Positions 1-5,200 of a stretch of 5,200 nucleotides of DNA are shown piece by piece. The DNA is from Chlorokybus atmophyticus (taxonomy: Eukaryota > Plantae > Mesostigma and Chlorokybus algae). How positions within the stretch are numbered: position 1 is the stretch's first letter; the number at the start of each line of letters is the position of its first letter. Position numbers and translations under genes: made by a program. A model generated the notes under the pieces. The model was not told the origin of the DNA, searched no databases, and saw nothing but the letters and a program-made list of their open reading frames with translations. The DNA lies in the NCBI GenBank assembly GCA_009103225.1, contig RHPI01001960.1, positions 62,326 through 67,525 on the forward strand, in the 5' to 3' direction.

Positions 1-23
1 GTTAACATGTGGTAACATTGGTC

Positions 24-2838
24 ATGCACACAGACAAGAAGCACAAGGGTCCAGCGCACAAGAAGGAACCTGCTAAGAAGGAAGCTGTCCTGCAGAAACC
101 CTGCAAGAAATCAAGTAATGTAGCGCTGTTCCAGCTGACCATACTAACGCATGCTCACTGCGGTTGTTTGCCACCATTGTTGCAATAACACTGTCTATTG
201 CAGACCTTTTTGACACCACAAAGGCTCAGTTGCTGGAGGGGTTCAATAATTGGCGGAAACTAAGGGAGGAGGAGAAGGCTGGGAAGGCGAAGATGTCCGC
301 AGAATACAGTTGGGATGTCGTGGTTGAAGTAATGCAGAAGAACCTGAATGAAGATCCTCGCTTGCTTGAGCTCGACAAGAACTTGCAGATCTGCCTACGG
401 AAGTTCGTGGAGGACCAGCTCAGGCTTTGTGATCCGGAGGCAGTTGCTAGGGGTATGGACCTTGGGCATTTTGGCCTTGAAGATGTTGTTACCGATAATG
501 ACATCCATGAAGAAACGAAGACAAAGTGGGGAAAGAAATTCTCTGACTGGAGGAAAGCGAAGGCGAAGAGCAAGAACCTCATGTCATGGGGTGAGCTGGT
601 GGTCTTTATCAAGAAAGCGCTGTGCAAACCAGTCTTGGCTTCCCTCAATCGAGAATACGGAGAATACGGTCTTGACTACGAAACAGAGGCGCCCAAGCAG
701 CAAGTGGAGGCCCAAGCCAAGCAGCAAGCCGACGCGGAGGCCCAGCACAAAGCTGAGGCCCCACCCAAGTCCCAGACTGCACAAATGCAGGAAGGGCCTC
801 GACCTGAAGCCGGTACCTCTGCTTCTGCTGTTGAACCAGAAGACGGTCTACCTCCAGCAGAAACGGAGGGCGAGTTAGAGCTGGTTGGGCTGTTGCATGA
901 TAAACACCGGCTTCGGCTTTTCGATGCCTATGCAGATGGGAATTGCTTATATGCCTGCCTTGCGCAGTCGCGCCCTCACGTGAACGCTGCGTGCTTGACA
1001 CGCGCGAATGCAGCGGACAACAAGTCTTTCTGGCAAGCATTGTGCTGGACAATGGCAAACAGCTGCCGACAAGAGAGCAAGTGCAACAGCTTCGAAAGAT
1101 CTGTGCTGAGCAGGTCAACCTTTATTGGTTGCTAGAGTATCGCAACTACGGGGCCTGTGGTGACATGGGCCAGGATTACAAAAAGATGGCCAGGAAATAT
1201 GGCGTAACCAGGGCACTTAACAAAAAGCAACTCAAGACTAAGCAAGATGAAGACAACGCTGTAGAGGCTCTGCAGAAAGTGATCGCTGAAGATAGCGTTT
1301 ATGCCGATCAACTGCAAGTGGCGATCATGGCGCACGCTCTTGGCATTCACATAGGTACTGTGCAGCTCACTGAGGTTGCCGACGAGAAGCAGTACTGCTG
1401 GGAAGCAGAGCACAAGGGCGGCCTCATCGAAGGCGATGACGGGAGGTACTACACAGTGGATGCCAAGGGAGAGAAGCATTCCGTCAAACCTGTAGTGGTG
1501 ATTGGCGAGGATGTTATCGATGTGGCTGGCCATATAATCATTGGTAACACGGATCCAAGCAAGCCCAGCGCGCATTACATGTCTATTGGTGATGCAAATG
1601 GTATACTCTCTTGGCAGCGCAGCGACATGCCACCAGAAGTCCTGCGCTGCATGTACCCTGCAGATGCCGAGCCCCAGCCCCAGCCCAAGCACCAAGCCGA
1701 GCCCCAGCCCAAGCAGCAAGCTGATGCCGAGGCCAAGCAGGCCAAGCAGGAGGCCAAGCAGCAGGCCAAGCAGCGGCAGGAGGCGGAGGCCAAGGCCAAG
1801 CTGGATGAGGACAATGCCAAGCAGCGGCAGGAGGAGGCCGAGGCCAAGCAGAGGCAGGAGGCGGAGGCCAAGGCCAAGCAGGATGAGGCCAATGCCAAGG
1901 CCAAGCAGAGGCTGGAGGCCGAGGCCAAGCAGCAGCAGGAGGAGGCCAAGGCCAAGCAGGATGAGGCCAATGCTAAGGCCAAGCAGGAGGAGGCCGAGGC
2001 CAAGCAGAGGCAGGAGGCGGAGGCTAAGGCCAACGAGGCTAAAGACCAGCAAAGGCAGGAGGCCGAGGCCAAGAGCCAGCAGGAGGCTGGCGCTATGCAG
2101 GTTGATGCCGCTGTTGAGGAGGAGGCTGATGCTATCAGTGATATGTCAATTAACATCAGCACCGCAGCAACCAGTGACACCAGTGACCCCAAGAAACGCA
2201 GACGCCGCCCGTCACGCCGCCAACAGCGAGCTGCTTTGCAAAGGGACAACACGCCTTCCGGTGCTTTCCAGAAGCTGCATCGTGTGCAACAGGGGGAGCG
2301 CACCGTGGACGAATATCACGCGCAGTTTGCACAATTGTGCGGGGTGGCAAACACCTGCGTTGAGCTGGTGCCTAAGGCCCTTAAACTACAACTGTTTCTC
2401 CAGGGACTCAGGAAAGTAGTGCGCATTGGCGTGCCCAAGGGTCCTTGCAACCAAGATTGGAATGCTGATCAGCTCGATTTGCTTGTGTCGGCTGCCCAGA
2501 CTTATGAACGGACCTTGCTTGTTAAACAGCAAGCACACCTCCTAGATCGTTCAAAGTTTGAGTTCGGCAAAGCAAGGCCAAGCAGGTTGCAAAAATTGGA
2601 ACGACTGGAACAAATCAGCAGTCGTCGGGAGGGCAAGAAGCTGGCACATCAAGCTGCATATCAGCGTGAGCAGGAAATGATAGCTGCACAAGAGACCCTT
2701 GAGCAGCAGGAGCAGCTGAAGCGGCAGAAGGAGGAGGAGCGCCAGCAGATAAAGCGAATGGCTCAGCAGGGAAAGGAGCAGCGAAAGCAGCGGCGGGAGC
2801 AGAAGGAAACACAGCAGCAGCCGCAGCAGCAGAGGTAG
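24..2838 (+). CDS. Spliced multidomain gene: Lys-rich N-terminus, duplicated W-motif region, OTU-like protease, coiled-coil repeat, Gag capsid-like domain, Q/E/R-rich tail (about 880 aa if introns are 115-203 and 980-1062)
   Basis: Joins ORF-track entries 164..1135 and 943..2838, both of which begin at TTG rather than ATG. ATG 24-26 opens MHTDKKHKGPAHKKEPAKKEAVLQKPCKKS, and intron 115-203 joins it in frame to LFDTTKAQ. The OTU motifs are split across the two ORFs, so they must be one protein. TAG stop at 2836-2838. The gene may begin upstream of the window, because CACAG at 29-33 could itself be an acceptor in the same phase. Confidence 0.7.
115..203 (+). other. Spliceosomal GT-AG intron (89 nt, phase 1)
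   Basis: Donor A|GTAATG at 115, TACTAAC at 142-148, acceptor TATTGCAG| ending 203. Removal gives A+AC = Asn and an in-frame join; unspliced, the upstream frame stops at TAA 186-188. Confidence 0.75.
905..1590 (+). other. OTU-like cysteine protease / deubiquitinase domain
   Basis: Cys box DAYADGNCLYACLAQ (Asp 935-937, Cys 944-946); helix QVQQLRKICAEQV; YADQLQVAIMAHALGIHIGTVQL (from 1300), matching the OTU W-G/A-xxx-E/Q-l-x-A-l-A-xx-L-xxx-I-x-V pattern; His box IIIGN...AHYMSI (His 1573-1575). Order and spacing fit the OTU fold. Confidence 0.8.
1663..2090 (+). repeat. Coding tandem repeat: PQ/AE linker followed by EAEAKQRQ / EAKAKQDEANAKAKQ coiled-coil units
   Basis: Recurrent GAGGCCAAGCAG / GCCAAGGCCAAGCAG units, translation visible in ORF 943..2838. 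It explains the long stop-free shadow ORFs on the other frames. Confidence 0.9.
2263..2510 (+). mobile_element. Retrotransposon Gag capsid C-terminal-like domain (Retrotrans_gag / Ty3-like)
   Basis: AFQKLHRVQQGERTVDEYHAQFAQL fits the major-homology-region pattern A-xx-L-xx-l-x-QG-xx-S/T-V-x-EY-xxx-F-xx-L. It is followed by FLQGLRKVVR (F-xx-GL-xxx-I/V) and LDLLVSAAQTYE (l-xx-ai-xx-A-xxx-E). A basic NLS-like PKKRRRRPSRR lies just upstream. No CCHC knuckle follows. Confidence 0.75.
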
Positions 2839-3041
2839 CTGTGACACCAACCTCGAGGTTGTTCACTTCACGACTACCAGCTTTGCAGGTTGGAACACGC
2901 ATGGACACTGCTTGTACAATAGCAAAAGTTGCAAGTTTTGCTCTCGTTAACATCTGCTGCTGTTGTGTTTGCAAGAGCCTCTGCTACCTCACCATGCCTG
3001 TGCAGAATCTATCGTTCTCGCAGCGTAGGGCCAACCTCATG

Positions 3042-3046
3042 TGTAA
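3042..3046 (+). promoter_or_regulatory. Candidate chlorophyte-type poly(A) signal TGTAA for the OTU-Gag gene
   Basis: TGTAA about 200 nt after the stop codon. TGTAA is the established chlorophyte signal, but a single pentamer is weak evidence. Confidence 0.4.
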
Positions 3047-3064
3047 GTGTATCTATTAATTCAA

Positions 3065-3240
3065 GCTGAACACAGAGGCATCTTCTAGATTTAGCCCTCT
3101 GTTTTCTCATTCCCGATTCGGGTCTGAGCTCATGCTGAATGCAGAGGCATCCTCGTGAATAAGCCCTCTGCTTGCTCATTCTGTCTTTGTATGCAGAGCG
3201 TAGGGGCATCACCCTGTGATTAAGCCCCCTTCTTGCTCAC
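3065..3240 (+). repeat. Three imperfect tandem stem-loop repeats (copies 1-3)
   Basis: ACAGAGG(3072-3078)-17 nt-CCTCTGT(3096-3102); GCAGAGG(3141-3147)-17 nt-CCTCTGC(3165-3171); AGGGG(3202-3206)-19 nt-CCCCT(3226-3230). The loops share CATC...GA(T/A)T(T/A)AGC and are followed by T(G/T)CTCA. Confidence 0.85.
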
Positions 3241-3313
3241 TTTCTTGCCCCCTTCTTGCCTGTGCCACCTGCTTTCGCTGCTAACCAGCAGGAAGTGGAG
3301 GTGTTCTTCCAGG

Positions 3314-3342
3314 TGACATGACAGGAGCTTGACATGACAGGA
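3314..3342 (+). repeat. 13-bp direct repeat TGACATGACAGGA (period 16)
   Basis: Exact copies at 3314-3326 and 3330-3342. ACAGGATAGAG also occurs twice (within the second copy and at 3372-3382). Confidence 0.85.
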
Positions 3343-3486
3343 TAGAGGAAAGACAATCTCGTGGTCTTTGTACAGGATAGAGTGTGTTAGCTTTAGCTGC
3401 CTGTCTGTGTGTGTTGAAGGATTGCAGCAAAATGCAATCACCCACATCTGCCTGTCCTTGTATGCTTAGGATCATCCCGACTGCAC

Positions 3487-3506
3487 GCGGGTTCACTGCG
3501 AACGCA
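3487..3506 (+). repeat. Dispersed copy of the 20-mer GCGGGTTCACTGCGAACGCA
   Basis: 19/20 identical to 3992-4011 and the exact reverse complement of 4125-4144. Confidence 0.9.
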
Positions 3507-3557
3507 CCGCCTTGGGAGCCTTGCTGGCTGCTGTTTGTATGCAGTCACGGCGCACAG

Positions 3558-3680
3558 GTAAGTGTGACAGCACTTGTAGAGTGGAGGTGGTAACAGAAGT
3601 CCGCAGTAAGTCATGAGGTATGCATCGCTCTCGTGCATATACTAACTGTGATTGCATTTCACCTTCTCAACCACCTCCAG
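3558..3680 (+). other. Candidate intron in apparently non-coding DNA
   Basis: CAG|GTAAGT at 3558 (alternative donors GTAAGT 3606 and GTATGC 3618), TACTAAC 3640-3646, C/T-rich tract, CTCCAG| ending 3680. Confidence 0.55.
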
Positions 3681-3794
3681 CCTCTGCATGGAACTTGTTG
3701 GTCGCGATCTGCTCCAGGGCTTTTGGATGGACGGCGGTTGTACCTGCCGCTGGGGTTGGGTTGCTGTTTGTGATATGGCAACTCAGGCTGGCAG

Positions 3795-3978
3795 TCCTTC
3801 TCCCCCCACCCACCCGAGAGAACACCTCTTGCTGCTGTTGACATGCCGCCCTCGTACTGGCACGCCCTCGTACTGGCCCCGGCAACCGCTGAAACCGGGC
3901 ATGTGTCCAAAGATTGCACGCAACCAAAGGCATGCGCACAGCAACCTAGAAGTTCTCCTTCTCCGCCCACCCACCCGA
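3795..3978 (+). repeat. 23-bp direct repeat TCCTTCTCC(C/G)CCCACCCACCCGA
   Basis: 3795-3817 and 3956-3978, 22/23 identical. Both are followed shortly by ACCTC(T/C)TGC. Confidence 0.85.
3847..3877 (+). repeat. 15-bp direct repeat CGCCCTCGTACTGGC (period 16)
   Basis: Exact copies at 3847-3861 and 3863-3877. Confidence 0.9.
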
Positions 3979-4170
3979 CACAAAACCTCCTGCGGGTTTA
4001 CTGCGAACGCAGGATGTGGTCCTGCAGAGCCGTCTCGCGCAAGTCACGTACTGTAGACTTTGTGCACATGCTCAGAGCCTCTGGTTCATGACTTTCGCGA
4101 GTCAGCTTTGGTTGGACCATACCCTGCGTTCGCAGTGAACCCGCAGGAGGTCTAGTCTCGGGTGGGCGGA
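3962..4170. repeat. Long imperfect inverted repeat / fold-back (about 209 nt)
   Basis: Nested complementary segments: 3962-3978 with 4158-4170 (one 4-nt indel), 3985-4013 with 4123-4151 (28/29), 4017-4022 with 4114-4119 (6/6), 4034-4046 with 4089-4101 (12/13). Palindrome TGTGCACA at 4061-4068 lies near the centre. Confidence 0.9.
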
Positions 4171-4233
4171 CGGCGCAACAGGGCATGAAGGTGCTCTGGA
4201 AGAGACCTTGCCCAGGAGGTCAGTCTTTCCCGT

Positions 4234-4299
4234 GCTGGCAAACAGAGGCATCCTCGTGATTAAGACCTCTTGCTGACTTTATTGGGTCGCTCATTCTGT
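4234..4299 (+). repeat. Fourth copy of the stem-loop repeat, with an extra small hairpin
   Basis: AGAGG(4244-4248)-CATCCTCGTGATTAAGA-CCTCT(4266-4270), then GACTT-TATT-GGGTC, then GCTCATTCTGT as in copy 2 (3174-3184). Confidence 0.85.
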
Positions 4300-4357
4300 T
4301 GTTGGGTTTGAGTTCAGGCTAACAAAGTGGCCAGCAATCAAGAGCTACCTCTACCTT

Positions 4358-5122
4358 TCAGTAAAAAGGAGGGTAATCAACAGTGAAGCCTATTGCTTCC
4401 AGCAACAGCCTGCCTACATGTTCAGAGTAAGTTGGTGGAATGGCATTCTTGACTTCCGATTCCGCATCCATCCACTCCACCTGCATGGCAGACTGCCACC
4501 CTGCAATCGTGCCACGGCAGGATGCTTGGCCGTACACCGGGTAAATTTGCCTCTCCCCAGGTAGCAACTGCCGGCGCTGCTCCGGGTGGGTGGCCAGCTC
4601 TCCAAGTGCACAACCAGTGTGGTTGCATTTCAAGTCTGAGTGCAGTGGAGGGTTTGTCTCGAAGATGCGATGACGATACACATCCAACTTGAACATGGTG
4701 CCACACAGCTTCAGGTGAGTTGTCATGTGTCCTGATGCGCCTGCGACATTCTCTATCACCCATGGCTTGCCGCTCAACTGCAACTTGGCTCTTATGGGGT
4801 CAATCAGGTTGACGTGCTCCCATCGATTGCCGTACGCGGAGCGCTGTGTAGTGGGAATGGCCCCACTTAGAGCTTGACATGGAGGACTTGCCCACACCGC
4901 AGCGTATGCTGTCGGGTCAGCGTCCATTGCATCCATCTGGCAGAACTTGAATGGGTATGACGGTTGTGGCTTGTTGTCGATGCCCTCAACATCAAACCCT
5001 GCCCTGTACAGACCTATGGCTACACCACCAGCGCCGCAAAAGAGATCCAGTGCGCGCGGCCTGCAACGTCTTCCGTTTGAGTCTATTGTTGTGCGTGTGA
5101 TCAGAAGGGGTGGGGAGCTCAT
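4358..5122 (-). CDS. C5 DNA-cytosine methyltransferase, compact phage/bacterial type (about 254 aa from ATG 5122)
   Basis: Motif I LDLFCGAGG (FCGAGG 5041-5024), II/III GID...YPFKF...DA, IV WASPPCQ (catalytic Cys 4879-4877), VI WVIENV (ENV 4753-4745), VIII LCGTMFKLDVYRHRIFE, IX/X AMQVEWM...NAIPPTYSEHVGRLL. No stops or frameshifts. The ORF-track extension to 5179 is antisense copia RT and is probably not part of the protein. Confidence 0.92.
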   Translation of the reverse strand: MSSPPLLITRTTIDSNGRRCRPRALDLFCGAGGVAIGLYRAGFDVEGIDNKPQPSYPFKFCQMDAMDADPTAYAAVWASPPCQALSGAIPTTQRSAYGNRWEHVNLIDPIRAKLQLSGKPWVIENVAGASGHMTTHLKLCGTMFKLDVYRHRIFETNPPLHSDLKCNHTGCALGELATHPEQRRQLLPGERQIYPVYGQASCRGTIAGWQSAMQVEWMDAESEVKNAIPPTYSEHVGRLLLEAIGFTVDYPPFY

Positions 5123-5200
5123 CAAGGCGTTGTATGGGCTGAGACAGGCACCACGCATGTGGCACATCCGCCTCACCAAGGAGTTGGAGGCACTTGGCTT
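5118..5200 (+). mobile_element. Ty1/copia reverse transcriptase fragment (RVT_2), 5'-truncated, runs off the window
   Basis: Frame from 5118 reads LIKALYGLRQAPRMWHIRLTKELEALG(F), the copia RT signature L-x-K-A/S-L-Y-G-L-K/R-Q-A-P-R-x-W...L-xx-LGF. The expected upstream RT motifs (KARLVA, DVKTAFL, QPxGF) are absent in this frame. The ORF track omits it because it has no stop within the window. Confidence 0.9.

Noticed and set aside
164-203. ORF-track start of the 323-aa ORF (hydrophobic MFATIVAITLSIA, signal-peptide-like)
   Set aside because: The codon is TTG and the stretch lies inside the predicted intron 115-203.
226-878. ORFs 226..648 (-), 348..878 (+), 584..784 (-)
   Set aside because: Shadow frames of the main gene with Ser/Arg/Leu-biased composition and no motifs.
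1132-2419. Long ORFs 1132..2052 (-), 1541..2419 (+), 1575..2303 (-)
   Set aside because: Stop-free by-products of the GAGGCCAAGCAG coding repeat.
2833-2888. Possible extension of the Gag ORF by readthrough or by splicing AG|GTAGCT (2835) to TTTGCAG (2888)
   Set aside because: Readthrough meets TGA two codons later; the splice adds only about 10 residues before a stop; no pol motifs follow.
2551-2974. Antisense ORFs 2551..2850 and 2615..2974
   Set aside because: Shadows of the CAG-rich tail of the main gene.
3065-3240. CRISPR-like array or known self-cleaving ribozyme (hammerhead, twister, pistol, HDV-like)
   Set aside because: Repeats are too divergent, spacing is irregular, there are no cas genes and the context is eukaryotic. 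I could not place the ribozyme cores (e.g. CUGAUGA/GAAA) on either strand; an Infernal search would settle it.
3691-3714. ELVGRDLL resembling the C-terminal motif of retroviral aspartic proteases
   Set aside because: No D-S/T-G catalytic motif was found upstream; likely chance.
3796-3815. G-quadruplex on the minus strand (GGGTGGGTGGGGGG)
   Set aside because: Only three separated G-tracts; marginal.
4123-4156. Helitron-like 3' end (GC-rich hairpin 4123-4147, CTAG 4152-4155, then T)
   Set aside because: The inverted repeat continues past the CTAG (4158-4170 pairs with 3962-3978), so it is unlikely to be a terminus, and no Rep/helicase is in view.
5061-5117. Plus-frame LQRLPFES... as a degenerate copia QPxGF motif continuing the RT upstream
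   Set aside because: Only Q and F match and the intervening residues lack the V-C-x-L pattern.
5103-5117. Purine-rich AGAAGGGGTGGGGAG as a polypurine tract
   Set aside because: It is followed by RT coding sequence, not by a TG-initiated LTR.
5123-5179. N-terminal 19 codons of the 273-aa MTase ORF
   Set aside because: This is the antisense strand of a well-conserved copia RT motif.

Overview
Eukaryotic DNA, probably green-algal (inferred from spliceosomal intron signals, a TGTAA poly(A) signal and CAG-rich coding sequence), that looks like a mobile-element-derived locus. (1) A spliced plus-strand gene (about 24-2838, about 880 aa) fuses an OTU-like cysteine protease, an EAKAKQ coiled-coil repeat and a retrotransposon Gag capsid-like domain, with no pol behind it. 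(2) About 1.5 kb of non-coding DNA holds a four-copy covarying stem-loop family, a 209-nt fold-back and orphan splice signals. (3) A convergent, apparently intronless, catalytically intact C5 DNA-cytosine methyltransferase of compact phage/bacterial type lies on the minus strand (4358-5122). (4) A Ty1/copia reverse-transcriptase fragment, missed by the ORF track, starts abruptly at about 5118, overlapping the methyltransferase start codon, and runs off the window. All family assignments come from motif recognition by eye; no searches were run.
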